Below, piece by piece: positions 47,750 to 60,318 of a stretch of 64,000 nucleotides of DNA. The DNA is taken from NCBI RefSeq assembly GCF_009834535.1, contig NC_045707.1, positions 49,974,001 to 50,038,000 on the forward strand, given 5' to 3'. Made by a program: the position numbers and the translations under genes. A model generated the notes under the pieces. The model saw only the letters and a program-made list of their open reading frames with translations. It searched no databases and was not told the DNA's origin. Origin of the DNA: Camelus ferus (taxonomy: Eukaryota). The number at the start of each line of letters is the position of its first letter. Within the stretch, counting starts at the first letter, position 1.

Positions 47750-49532
47750 TAAAGAACTCGCACATCTGTGGGTGAGTGTTATTCTGTATCCCTTCCCATC
47801 CCAGTTCTGTTCTCAGCACCTCTCTTCCTTGCAGAAGCAGATGACTCAGACTTCCTACTCTTTCCTGCCATACCTCTGGCCTCAGGGAATTCTGCAGAAA
47901 AAAAATCAGAAGACAGGGGGCCACTGGCCTGATGTAAGGATAGATCTGTCTAGGGTGGCTCTGCAAGTCAGAAGGAAACCTCCCAGTGGACAGAACTTTG
48001 GGCACTATGTCTGGTTGACGTGAAAAAAGAGATAACTTGAGTTTCGTGAAATACACTGTTTCATGGGTAGTGGGTAATGGGTTGGCCAACTAATCAGGTA
48101 CTTTTAAAAACATTAATTGGAAGATTGGTGCCAAGATCATCTGAAGGGAAATTATGTCATGGACCTCTAGGAATGACCACAGTCCATGGAGCTACTTGAG
48201 CCCCGTGTTGGTGCCCCTCAGGGGACACCCACTGCATGGAAGGCTAAGTAAGGAGATGGCCAGGATGGCCTCAGCCTGGTTTGTCAGTGAGCCTCCTTCC
48301 CTGGCCGTCTCTGTGCTTGCATAAATGCCCCAAGTCCCAGGAGCTGTGGGAGCAGCAATGGAGGCACAAACATACACTTCCTCTCCCCACAGCTGATCTG
48401 GCCACAGCTGCTGCGGAGGGTCCAACCTTCTAAACCAGAAGCCAATGCTGAGCCCATATTTGGCACCGTCTCCTGTGAGTGCCAGCCACTCAGTTTCATT
48501 ATTTTAGACCACTCTATTTTGAAAAGGGCAGTGAGGTGTCTTTAGGGAATGGTTGCACACTCTGGAGTGTGAGTCCCCTTTCCTGCCCACAGTGCTTCTG
48601 CCAGCACCAGCATATGTGTTTGGTAGGCAGCCTGATTCCAACCCCAGGTATTACTCACATCATTGCCTCTGACTGAGGAGCTCCTTGACAGTGAAATAAC
48701 TGTGATACTGAGCTTACATCTTGAAATCCATGGTTTTTACATCACCTGCAAGCACCTGGCTTGGTGGATGATAAAATGACATATTGAAAGCTTGGTATAT
48801 AAAGCCGGGAGGAGACAACATCCCACTGTGAGGTTGGGGTGTTCTTCAAGTGGTCAGATTGAGGGTCAATACAAGATGTTGAGTGAATGGCTCCGGGAAC
48901 CCAGGAGTGGAGGTGAGAGTGGCTTCTCTCCCTGTAACCCTTCATAACCTGCTTCAAGAAGATTTTCTTCCTGTCCCTGAAATGGTGTATCTAGTGAATT
49001 TGAGGTCCTTTTGCCAAACAGAGAGGGGATATTTCCACTAGACAGCACTGCAATTGCCACCTGGCTGTTTCAGGCTGCTTGTGACACTATTTAGGGGCAG
49101 AGAGTTGGATGTCTGTGTGGGCTGGTGGGAGTGATTCTGTTTATCAAGGAGAAATTGGATTGTGGCTACAAAGTGCGGACAACGCCACGTCTGGAGCCCG
49201 TGGGATTTACTGCATTCCCCGTCCAACAGTCATGGTCAGTGGGACCAGTGCAACCCGATAAAGACAGGGCACTAAGCGCTGAGTCCTGCGGGGCTGAAGG
49301 TGTGGCTCCTCCCTCAGGCAAGACGCCTTCACTGCCAAGGCGCCAGTGGAGGGGAAGGGCGTTATGGAATGAGTTGGGGAAGAGGGAAGTCAGGGTTGCC
49401 ACGTTAGATCTGCTCAGATGCGGGGCTCTGGCCCCTGCATGTCATTGTAATGGTTTCTTTGTCACTCCTTCCTGGTTGCCTGGCACCTGGTGGTGGCTGC
49501 AGTCACAGTGTAGTTTCCAGAAAGGAGAGGAC
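47750..49532 (+). mobile_element. Decayed ERV-L (class III) internal region: RNase H, integrase and dUTPase relics plus PPT
   Basis: Manual translation gives SQWTELWALCLV (47981), YTVSWVVGNGLAN*SGTFKNINWKIG (48052), GITHIIASD*G (48647), GSGNPGVEVRVASLP (48889), LPPGCFRLL (49054) and GVI..YQGEIGLWL (49128-49168). These are collinear with the ERV-L pol/dut motifs SQWAEL, YTDSWAVANGL, GIPHSIASDQG, GSRNQGVE, LPPGHFGLL and GVIDPDYQGEIGLLL. Confidence 0.8.
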
Positions 49533-50000
49533 TGAACTGTGTCACCCTCAGTGACGAGACTGAGTATCCCCAGTGTTGGGGACTGAGACTCTTTAGCTGA
49601 GGAAAGGACGAGAATGGAAGCTGGCTGACAACAGGGTGGCCTGGGCCGGTTATTCTCAGCTGTTTTCTCAGCCCTTCCTGGCCAGGCTCTGTGGCCTGGG
49701 ACGCTGACCTGCTCCCCGTGCCCTCTGACTGGGAGGCGCTGGCAAGAGGTGGGAGGGCGGGAGGAGGAGGGCCAGGTCAGGGGTGCCTCCCCCCGCGCAC
49801 TCCCCGCCTGGCCTCACCACAGCCCGGGCAGAGGCTCTCAGCAGGCCTCCGGGGGTGAGGGCTAATCCCTGGGTGTCTCCCCAGATCTGGTCGGTTCTGT
49901 TAACCCTGCCCACGCCTCTGTAAATAATCCCTGCGTGAAATGCTTTCCAGTTAAACCCCTGTGAGGGTGCCAGCTGTTTCCTGCCAAGATGTCAATGGAT
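49533..50000 (+). mobile_element. LTR33-like 3' LTR, GC-rich
   Basis: Follows the purine tract AGAAAGGAGAGGAC and begins with TG. Contains gctgacctg...tgccctctg...ttaaccctgcccacgcctctgtaaataatccc...tgccagctgtttcctgcca. Confidence 0.65.
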
Positions 50001-50859
50001 AGAGGGGGAAAGCGCTGAGAAGGGGCAGTGCTGCACCGCGGGCTGCTGTGAGGGGAAGGGGACTCACAGGCCAGAAAGGCCAGCGTGTTGCAGCAGGCCA
50101 GAATACACGCCTTTTCACAGGCTGAAGAAAACAGTATCTCTACTGGTCAGAGTTCATGGTTTATTTATTTATTGTTTAAAGTGTTGTCAGGCAATAAATG
50201 TGTTAAAAAAGTTTTTTTATGTTAAAAAAAATGGAAAAATAAAGTGTGATCAAGTAGAAAAAGCCCGTGAAGCTAACTGGATTCTGCCTAAGACTGATGG
50301 GTTTCTTCAGATGCAGGATGACACCGTCAGCGCTAAAACTGGGAGAGTCTGGGACAAACTGGGGGCGGGTGGTTACCGTTATCGGTGACTTTAGTCAGGA
50401 CCCCTGAGTCCTTCCCAGATGCCCCTGCTGAAGGGACATTCCAGGCAAAAGAACACTGTTCCAGAACCCTCTGCTCCCTCCCGTCTGTCCTCTATCAATG
50501 GCAGACGCCACTGATCATGCATGGCATTCTTCCTCATTAGCCCTACGTGCAGTCTGAGAATCCTTCTTAGCCCAGTGGTTCAGGCAGCCAGTGTCAACTG
50601 CTCTGAGTTGGAATGCCAGGCAAGAACCTGTCTGCCACCTCGGAAATAGAGCTTTGACCCCAAACCCAACAGTTGCTCTGGACCAAGCAGAGCCTCCAGA
50701 ACTCCTTTGCCCCTTAACCCTGGACCTTGCCACAGTAGCAGACAATGTGGCCTTCTGGGCTCCTTCACACCCGACCAAGAGCCTGATCTTGTCTCTCTCT
50801 GTGTCTCTCCATCTATTGTCAAAGGCTGACAGTGTGTTGTTAGAACAGCAGCTCACACC

Positions 50860-51030
50860 TTGTACATTAACAACATGCCTAGCATCGTTCTAAGTGTATT
50901 TATTTATTACCTATAGTATAGAGACGAGGAAACGGAAAGTGATCTAAGGGACTGGCCCTGGGTCGCACAGGTAGCATGTAGTAGATTCAGGACTCGCATC
51001 TGCTCAGTCAGGCTCTGAAATCTCTTAAGT
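50860..51030 (-). mobile_element. MIR SINE
   Basis: gagacgaggaaacgga...gactggccctgggtcgcacagg...gattcaggactc. Confidence 0.55.
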
Positions 51031-51714
51031 GTTATTCTGCAGGGCCTCTCACCTTGTTCACCTGGGCGTTCCTGGCACCCGGCTCAAAGCTTGGCAGGTA
51101 ATCAGTATTCAGTCATTAAATAGGTGCTTAAAATTGTTAAATGAAGATAAATCCTAACAGAAAGCTTTCTCTCTTTTTAAGCCTCCTTTTCTCTGGAGCC
51201 TGCCATGGTTTTATTAGGCTTCTAAGCAAGGGCAGCCTTTGACCCAGCTGCTTAAAAACCAGCAGCCTGGGAGGAAACAAAAAGGAATGGTCCGATGTAA
51301 TGTAGGTCCAATCCAGGCACTCTCAGTCCCCTAATCTATAAAATGGAAATTAAAATGGCATTTACCTCAGAGAGTTGTACTAAATGCTGGACTAAAACTT
51401 GGCACACAGTGAATAACAGTGTAAGCTTTGATTGCTTTAATTAGTATTACTACAAATCAATCCAAACGTAGTAAATCTAAGTGCAAAGGGGAAATCTCCC
51501 ATTCTGGGAGCAATTCCTTTCCACCTCCGAGTTCCCCTGGCTGAGGGCTCTTTCTGTGGAGTCTCTTTGGTCCGCAGTCTGTTTCCTCTCTGGACTGAGA
51601 AAGGAAAGAAATCCTTGAGCTCCCTCTAGAGGCCAGTGGTGCTCCAACTCTGAAATCTTCGATGACGTCCTGGGACCCACAGGATGTTTTTTGAGATTTT
51701 GTTTATTCCTCCAG

Positions 51715-52075
51715 ATGTTTGTCCCCTGTTCTGTGCTGGATGTGTTCTGTTTGTCCCTCTGTACCTCTCTATCATTCTCCACTGTGCTCTGGCCCCAGGA
51801 TGCTGACCTGTAGAGATTGCATCCATTGGCTCCCTTGCCCACTGACTTCCAGCAAAGTCCTATCATGCAGACTCCGAGATCTCTGGTGCCTTGGTGGCTC
51901 CCCACGTACTCCCTTCAGATCTAGGGACGGAGATGGCTTTGTGCTGTTACTACCCACCATAATACAGCACATCTCAGTTGTTTCCCTTAATCCTGCCCAC
52001 AGCATTGTAAATAGCCCCTCTGTTAAGCTCTCCTCAGTCTGTGGCATCTGGCTCCTGACAGGTTCTACTCATACA
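51715..52075 (+). mobile_element. LTR33 solo LTR
   Basis: gctgacctgtagagattgcatc...ggctcccttgccc...tttcccttaatcctgcccacagcattgtaaatagcccc...ttaagctctcctca...cataca. Confidence 0.75.
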
Positions 52076-52479
52076 GGTTGACACTCTCATCTCTCTCTCA
52101 CCTCCCCGGTACCCTGCATTCCAAAGAACCATCTGCTTACAGTTTCCACAATATAATCATGCTGCTTAGCGCTCTAGGATTCTCACATTCACTCATCCAT
52201 CTGCAGTGCCCTTACACACTCCATGTCCAACCCCAGTACAATCCACTCTCCTCCCTGCCTCTACCTGACCCCAATCCCTTTTCCTCTTTAGAGGTCATGG
52301 CTCAATGGGCACATCTTCTATTCAGTTCTTCCTGATCTCCTGCGGTGTACAGTTTTTCAGTCATCTTGTCAGCATCCATGATATTTCCATCCTACTGGGT
52401 AGCAGCCTTGCATTTTGGCTGGGTTTCCCTTTTCTCTACTGTCTGCGGAGAATCCTGGGTAGTTTAATTATGTTCCATT

Positions 52480-52845
52480 GACTGGATTAATTAATACAAG
52501 CCTAATCCAGCCAGAACATGACATTTCCCTGGCCATAGGGATTTCTTCACAGGTGTTCTACTCAGCAGGAAACTGAGGATCTTTGATCACTAGTTTCAGG
52601 AAGCGATGCTCTCCCCTTCAGAAGTGAACAGGAAACATGTAGTTACATCTGCTGCTGGTTGCCGTCTTGTAACCAAGAAGAACGCCAGCCTGAGGAAGAA
52701 GCTAGCAAGGATGGAGGCAGAGCCGAGACAGCCACTGGGAAACAGAGCCATGGCCTCGATCAAACTGGGCCCATGTCAGTTACGCAAAGCCAGCCTGAGA
52801 TGGGTTTTCAGTTGCACAAACTAAAAATATCAGCAGCATTTGTGT
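52480..52845 (+). mobile_element. MLT1K/L-like MaLR LTR
   Basis: ccctggccatagggat...gccgtcttgtaacca...gccagcctgagg...gccagcctgagatgggttttcagttgc. Confidence 0.55.
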
Positions 52846-54799
52846 TAACAAAAAAGCAAGATTTGTAGTGTGCATTTAGTAAACAACTTAATACTTTTCT
52901 TCTGCCCATTCAAACTCACCCAAAAGGCTATTTCTTCCTCTGTCCTTGGATAGAATCTTGGTGGGGTGCCGGGGGAGAGGGGAGCCCCATACTTTATCTG
53001 TTCTTCCTGATAATAAAATGTCTTCCACTCACCTTTAATTCAAAACAGTTTTACTTCAGTAATTAAAATATCCATCTCTATGTAATGATTAAACCTCTGA
53101 AATAATCATTCACTATTCAAGCCTCTTCCTTCCCCCAACTCCATCCCCTAAGAGGTGCACTGGGTGTTGAATGGGAGAAAGCAATGTTTCTATTTCCCCA
53201 CCTAATGGAAAGAGTAGCAGATTTTTGTCTCTATTTCCCCCTTTTTCCCACTTGCTAAGAGTTATCTGGCTCCTCCTGGGTTGCAGCAGATGAGGGAGGA
53301 AAGATATGAAACAAGGAAGATCTTCCTCGTGTGGACACTTTGAAGTAATGTGGTGATGGTTCCTGCCCTTCAGATGTTTAAAACCAGCTCTCCCTGAGTT
53401 TGGCCCAGAGAGAGCTGTTCTCATGGGCACTTTCCTGGGTTCTCAGAGGACCTCACTGGGAACACTCAGCTGGACTCTCTGTGATGTGGGCAAAGCACTT
53501 TCCTTTATACATCACTCTCATTTCCTCCCCAGATCCCAGGACTCTGGCGGTCCATCCTCTTGTTGGGTCTGAGGCCTCTCTTCAGGCTCTCAGCCTGCAG
53601 GCCAGCCCTCTTCCTCTCTGCCGCCCATACAGCTCACGGGTGGTCCTGGAGAGGTGCTCCTGTACCCTGGCCCCCACCCTCACAGGGAAAACAGCCTGCT
53701 CCCAGGGCAGTCTGGGCTCTGCCCTCACAGTAGCCACCACATCCTCTTGGTTTTTGACTTCATAGGCATGTGCCACATCGCAGTCACTGGACTCAGCAAA
53801 CCCCAAACATTACCTATCCAGAGGATAGCTTAATCTCCTCTCAGCAGGCTTGAGGGGAGGGAGGGATATCCCCTACGCATTCCCCGACAGGCATGGGCAA
53901 CGGGGCTGAGACACCAACACAAGGATACACGCTTCAAAAATAATGCTCTTATTTCCAGACTCACCCCTGAGATGGATATTTGCTGAGAGTCACAGAACTG
54001 GCCTCGCCTTGCAAGTCCTGCACAGGTGTCTCAATTCTTCCCTTTCAGATGTGGACTAATCACCACCATTGTGATCAGCCTTCAGCAGAAAGGCAGGAAG
54101 AATCACTCTGTAACATCCTAACCCACATCCACGCGTCATCCCAGGTAAGAATTCGCTGCTGTGGAGATGAATCCTGTAGAGATGTTCCTTCAAGTATTGA
54201 TAGCACATCGATGCACTCGAGTACATCAATTCCTCTACTGAACTGTAAACTTGGAAAGTCAGGGACCAAGTCAGGTGAACAAAGCTGGAGGCTCGTGAAC
54301 CAAATCCAGCCTGGGGGACTGGGCTAACTCATTCTCCAGCTCCAGTTTGTTGCATAGGGAGGGACTGCCCTGGCGGTGAGGGTATTGCAGGTTGGCCAGG
54401 AGAGTAGGGGAGGGGGCGGGGCACACAGCTCTGCCTCTGCCCGGCTCCTCCCTCTTCATGTCTGTCTGTCTGGAAAGAGGGAATATTCTAGTTTGCTGTC
54501 TTGATTGTAGGGTAAACTCTGCTTTGTTGGGGTGAAGGGCTGGATTGGGGGAGGCTACGGTTGGTTCATTTCAGGAGCCTGCTAGCAATCCTGTTTGGTT
54601 GTATACTTAACACGTAAGCGAAATCCTTTACTGTTGCAGCATCTGTGGTATCAAGGCTGGCTTTTCACCTCCATCTCTCTGAACCCTGTAGGGCCCAACT
54701 ACTTCTCCATTCAGGTGGGAAAGGGAGTTCTTATTGAGGACACTCTTAGCACCATCACAATCCACAGACATGATTTTTCCCCCCACGTAGTCTTTAAAT

Positions 54800-54990
54800 T
54801 TTTTCCAAATCAGTTTACAGCTTTTAAAATGTGGGAGAATTGAACTAAAAGCCTAGATTTCCAGCTTATCATGATAATTTCAGTGGTTCGGTGACATGCG
54901 TTCCTCACAGCAACCATTTCTGAAACTGAGTAGCAGCGGCCCCCTTTAGGTGAGAGAGGCAGGCACTGTTCAGTTCTCCCCACTGCCAGT
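54800..54990. mobile_element. MER102-like hAT fragment
   Basis: tagatttccagctt...cacagcaacc...ctgagtagcagcggccccctttag...ccccact. Confidence 0.5.
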
Positions 54991-54992
54991 CG

Positions 54993-55153
54993 GGCTAGAG
55001 TCCCTGGATTTAGCAAATAAAAATGCACGATGTCCCATTTAAAGTTGAAGTTCAGATAAACAGCGACTTGATTTTATCTTACCATTTTCAACGTATGTTC
55101 TGTGTAATTTGCACAGTTCAGTTAGGGCTCCTGTGTTTCATCTGGTAACCTTA
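54993..55153. mobile_element. MER53-like hAT MITE (partly deleted)
   Basis: gatttagcaaataaaaatgcacgatgtcccatttaaagttgaagttcagataaaca...ctcctgtgtttcatctggtaacctta. Confidence 0.75.
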
Positions 55154-55601
55154 CAGTCTAGCCTGTCTCATTTTTGTTATTTGCTTGGACCTAGAATGTA
55201 AGTGAGTTTTCTACCCTTGTACTCATTTTTACTTATATTTTTATCTAAAATATTGCCTGGTTCCTAGTAGTGTGCTTAATAATGTTTGTAACATGGATAC
55301 ATCAGTGTAGTCTGAGGACCAAAATCATATGCTGTAGAGAGTGTCACTAAGCACACAAGATGGATAAAATGTCATAACATCTCACTGAGCTCATTTTGAA
55401 GGAAGATGACACGTTTGTGGTTGCGGGCCAGCCCTGGCCTGGAATTCTGGAGCATTGAATTGCGGGCTCGGCTCCATCAGGGTGTAGCCGAATGGACTCG
55501 GGAAAGTCCGTGAGCCTTCGCTGGATCTCTAGTTTCTCATCTTTAATAGGAGGGAACTGAAAGACTTTCCAGGGTCTCTACCAAAGCTAATGTTTTGGGG
55601 T

Positions 55602-55603
<2 letters not shown>

Positions 55604-55633
<30 letters not shown>
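55604..55633. repeat. (GTT)10 microsatellite
   Basis: Direct reading. Confidence 0.95.
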
Positions 55634-56218
55634 CTGAATATTCATCAGGAAAAAATTAGCATGTGCAGAATTTGACAGCAGTATTTGTCAGCAGCAGCAG
55701 GAGAAAAGTCAATTAGTGACTCTGAGTTGGTGATAATAAATCAGCTCACATTTGAATAGGTTACTTTTTCATGTCTCCAGGCACTATTCAGGAACTCCTG
55801 TCTAACACAGGAAATAGAAGCTTGGAAGAGTATATAGTATATTGCTTTTTTTCACTGGTGTATACGTTTATCAAAATTAATCAAATTGTGCATCTGAAAT
55901 GTGTGTAGTTTACTGTATAGGAATCATACAATACAGGTGTTAGAAAAAAAAAGACGCCATTAACTATCCACTGTGATTTTATAAGAGCTACTTAGTGGGT
56001 AAATATATAAATGATCACACCTCATACCAAGTCAAAAAACTAAAACAGTGATTTTTTTTTAGTTTGTCTTATAATGAAGAAACTATGGTATATAAGGTGA
56101 GTTGAGGGAATTGCCAATTATTTGAAACACTATGGACACCAGGAGAAGATCTGCCCATAGTGGTGAAACAACATTATTCTAACAAGTGCCAGGCACTATG
56201 CTAAGTGCTTTCATTGAA

Positions 56219-56445
56219 ATCAAGGTTTCTCAGCTTTGGCACTATTGACATTTGGGGCTGGATGGTTGTGAGGGGCTGTCCTCTGCATTGTGGGATATTT
56301 AGCAACATCCTTGATTTCCACCCAGCAGAAGCCAGGAGCACCCACACCCCTAGTTGTGACAATCATAAATGTATCTCTCTAGACATTGTCAAATGTCCCC
56401 TGGGGCGGCGGGGGGAGTGGATTGTCGCTAGTTAAGCACCACTGA
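56219..56445. mobile_element. MER20 hAT-Charlie element
   Basis: tttctcagctttggcactattgacatttggggctggat...gtcctctgcattgtgggatatttagcaacatcc...gttgtgacaa...agacattgtcaaatgtcccctgggg...accactg. Confidence 0.9.
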
Positions 56446-57174
56446 TTTAAATGATCCGATTGAACTGAGTAGTTCACACAACCCAGCACGGTAAGGTCCC
56501 TGCTGTCTCCATTGTGTGGAGGACTTGCTGTGGTCAGTGCCGACCTGAGAGGGAGTCTACCTGTCTCTCATTGTTTCTCACTTAGCTTTCAGGGTGCCCA
56601 AGCAGTGCAGCCTGTGCCGGATGCCTCACCAGACTCAGTCAGAAACAGCTTCTGCTTCTCCCTGTCCCCTCTCTCCCTGAGACTCCGGCCAAGTCCCTGG
56701 GACTGGGGAAGCTAAGAGACCACACTGCTGTGCTCTGCCCTGCCTCCCTTCTCCCTTTGCTGATAAGAGAGTGTTTACCCAGGAGATAGAGGGATAAGTC
56801 TCCAACTGCTATTAAACACTTCCTATCTGCCAGGCAGCAGATGGTAATAATACCTATATTAGCTCTGTGGTGCTAAATTCTAAAATGAATGACTCTCATT
56901 TATCTTATGGAAATGAATGGAAATTTCCAGGCCACTCTCCGAGCTTTTCTCTTTCCAATTACTTACTCCTCTTGACTTGAAAACACTTCTGGTACTTAAC
57001 TTTTCACTAGCATAAACATAGTTGAGTCCTTTACTAATCAGTTACATCTTGTTTGTAATGTTTTCATTCTGATCCTGTGAGGATGACTGATAGAAAGTTT
57101 ATATTAATATATATAACTATGTATATATATATATGTATAAAATAAGTGGTTATCTGTGTTTATTCATTTAAAGA

Positions 57175-58390
57175 AATATTTTTATTTTCTTATTTTTAAG
57201 TATGAAAAGCAGTGGTTTTCAGTATGTTTTTCAAGTTGTGAAACTGTCACCATTATTTAATTCCAGAACATTTTCATTATCCCCCAAAGAAGTCCCTTTC
57301 TCATTAGTAGTCACTTCTCATTCTTTCCTCCCCCCCAGGCCCTGGCAACCACAAATCCTCCTTCTGTCTCTGTGGATTTGTCTATTCTAAACATTTCTTG
57401 TGAATGGAATTGAGTATTGTTTACTGGCTTTTTTCACCTAGCATAATGTTTTCATGTTTCATCTCTGTTGTAGCACGAATCATTCCTTTTTATTGCTGGA
57501 TAATATTCCATTGTATGGATGTACCACATTTTGTTTACCCATTAATCAGTTGATGGACATGTAGGTTATTTCTACCTTCCGCTATTATGAGGAATACTGC
57601 TATGAACATCTGTGCACCAACAGTGCAAAAGGGTTCCCTTTTCTCCACATTCTTACCAACACATGTTATCTCTTGTCCTCTTGTTGATAGCCATTCTAAC
57701 AAGTGTGTATGCTGATTTCGCATCCTGTAACTTTATCAAATTTGTTTATTAGGTCTAACAGTTTTTTAGTAGAGTCTTTAGGATGTTCTATGTACAGGAT
57801 CATATCACCAGCAAACAGACAACTTTACTTCTTCTTTTCCCACTTAGATACCTTGTATTTCTTTTTCTTGCCTAATTGCTCTGTCTAGGACTTCCAGTAC
57901 TCTGTTGAACAGGAGTGGTGAGAGTGGGCACCTCTTGTCTTGTTCCTGATCTTGGAGGGAAAGCTTTCAACCTTTCACAGTTGAGTATGATATTAGCTCT
58001 GGGTTTGTCATATGTGGACTTTATGATCTTGAGGTATATTTCTTCTACTTCTAATCTGTTGAGAGTTTTTATCATAAAAGTATATAGAATTTTGCCAAGT
58101 GCTTTTGTTCTATGTCTATTAAGATGATCGTGTGATTTTTGTCTTTCATTCTTCTAATGTGGTATATCATATTTATTGATTTGCATATGTTGAAATATCC
58201 TTGCAACCTAGGATTATTCATCTTTTTGATTATAGCCATCCTAGTAGCTGTGAAGTAGTATCTCATTGTGGTTTTGATTTTCATTTCTCCAGTGACTAAT
58301 GATGTTGGGCATATTTTCATGTGCTTATTGGCCATTTATACATCTTCTTTAGTGAAATGGCTTTTGAAATCATTTGCCTGTTTTTTAGTT
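57175..58390 (-). mobile_element. L1MB-type element containing a second L1 ORF2 (RT) fragment at about 57615-58212
   Basis: RT relic YLKIIKSTYDKPRANIILN.ERLKAFP.RSGTRQ (57872-58075, -). ORF2 C-terminal relic MANKHMK...MKIKTTMRY. The tagccat(t/c)cta segment occurs twice, implying two elements. Confidence 0.85.
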
Positions 58391-59256
58391 GTGAGGCATA
58401 CATGTTTGAAGAAAAATAAAAGTGTAACATGATAATAGAATGAAAAGGGGCATGATTTAAAAAAAAAAAAAAAAAGCTTGTGAGACCTAAACGAAGTAAA
58501 AGAAGGGGGTCATGCAAAGATTTTAGAGAAGTCAAGGCAGAGGGAACAGCAAGGGCTAGGAAGAAATAAAACATGGTAATTGTGTAGGGAATGACTGGAA
58601 AGAGGAGCCACACTAGGGCAGTATCTGAAGCCTCTTTGAGGAGTGTCACTTAAGCAAAGGCCTGCCAGCCATCTTCAATTCCATCTTCCCCTTCATCCCT
58701 CTTACACAGTCACTTGACAAGTCCTAGAGATGCTTCACATCAACTGGCCTTCCAATGCATAAGCTTATGATTAGGATGGAGATGGAAAGGAGTGGGGCAT
58801 GTAATACCTTTTCTTCCTAATGGGAAAAAAGAAAATTCTTACAAGTGGAAACCTGATACAACTGTCAAAATACATGGAATCAGCTAGGTAGATTGTGAGT
58901 TCATGGTTTTATTTGTTCTGAAACGGTAAAAGCTACATCCTTTAAAAAAAAAAAATCAGTATTAAACTGTAAGCCCTAAAATAGGAGTTACCAGTGTCTC
59001 AAGGCATATCAGAAAACCATTTATCAACAGGTACTATTGGTTTAGGACCAAGGACAGCATTTCACAGTTTTTCTGCCCCCTCCCTTCATTTTGCTTATGT
59101 CACACTTGCACACATCTATCAATTTCTTTACATTCCTACTGCCAGTATTCCAATAATTCCAGAATGCCCCATGTATTTCTAAGTGCCCTCTATTCTACTG
59201 AAATTCATCCCATGAATGGGATGCCTTTATTTGTGTGTTTTCTTCCCCTTCAAAAC

Positions 59257-59490
59257 TTTTTTTTTTTCAATTGTGGTAAGATAGACACAACATAGAATTT
59301 ACTATTTAACCATTTATATGTGTATAGTTCAGTGACACCAAGTATGTTCACATTGTTGTGCAACTATTACCATCTTCCACCTCCAGAACATCTTCATCTT
59401 TGCAAACTGAAACTGTTTCCATTAAATAGTAATTCCCCATCTCCTTCTCCCCCTCATTCCCTGGCAAACACCATTTACTCCCTATCTCCT
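59257..59490 (-). mobile_element. L1MB 3' end
   Basis: ttgtggtaagatagacacaacatagaatttac...ttcacattgttgtgcaac...tgcaaactgaaactgtttccattaaa. Confidence 0.8.
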
Positions 59491-59559
59491 GTCCCCCCAC
59501 CCCCCACCACTTTTTACTAAGTCCGCTGATTGCTACAGAATGATTCATGGATAGTAATA

Positions 59560-59990
59560 AGCATGGCACCTAGGAAATATAAATGCAAATCCTTAGACTC
59601 CAGACCTACTGAACCAGAAGCTCTCAACTGGGACCCAACAATCTGCATTTTAACAAGTCCTTCAGGTAATCCAAATGCCCATTTCCTGTAGGCGTTTCCT
59701 GCTAGGGCTTAAGTATTGGCCTGGGGGAGGTATGTGGTTGGATATGAAATAAGACTTGGTTTGAGGCTCAGACCATGTAGCCACAAAGTGCATTTTAAAG
59801 AAGTCTTGTGGCATGATTTGCCCAATGGCTCCCAAATATTGATGCACATTATAATCACCTGGAAGGCTTGTTTGAGAACATACGGATTTCTGATATTCAC
59901 AGCAGACTTTCTAAATCAAAAATCTCTGGGGTGGGGCCCAAGAACTGGCACTTTTAACAAGCTACCTTGGTGATTCATATATATTTGTTG
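59560..59990. mobile_element. Two MER5-family MITE fragments
   Basis: ccagacctactgaaccagaa...atctgcattttaacaag and aatcacctggaaggcttg...tggggtggggcccaagaactggcacttttaacaagct. Confidence 0.7.
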
Positions 59991-60318
59991 GCAATATGCA
60001 GGATAGATAGACACAGGTAAGTCTTGAAGTCAGAAGATAAGTTAGAGATTATGGAAATACTCCAGGAAGTAGAGGAAGAGGGCCTAGAGAGTGGCTGGAG
60101 CCCAAAGAAGAGAAAGACGGGAAAATAAAGTATGTTGTAAGGATATAGTTGGTAGGATTTGGCAGCTTAATGTTGACTGACATAAGTCACTCACGGTCTT
60201 TGAAAAAAAAGGTTAATAATTTGGAAGGATCTGGTACTTCCTTTTCTATGTATTCTCCTATACTTACAAGGAACTCTATCCAGAAGAGAGTTATACTGCT
60301 GAGCAACAGGTTACAAAG

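Noticed and set aside
57872..58335. ORFs with reverse transcriptase-like motifs
   Set aside because: These are fragmented L1 ORF2 relics with frameshifts, not a functional RT or a novel retroelement system.
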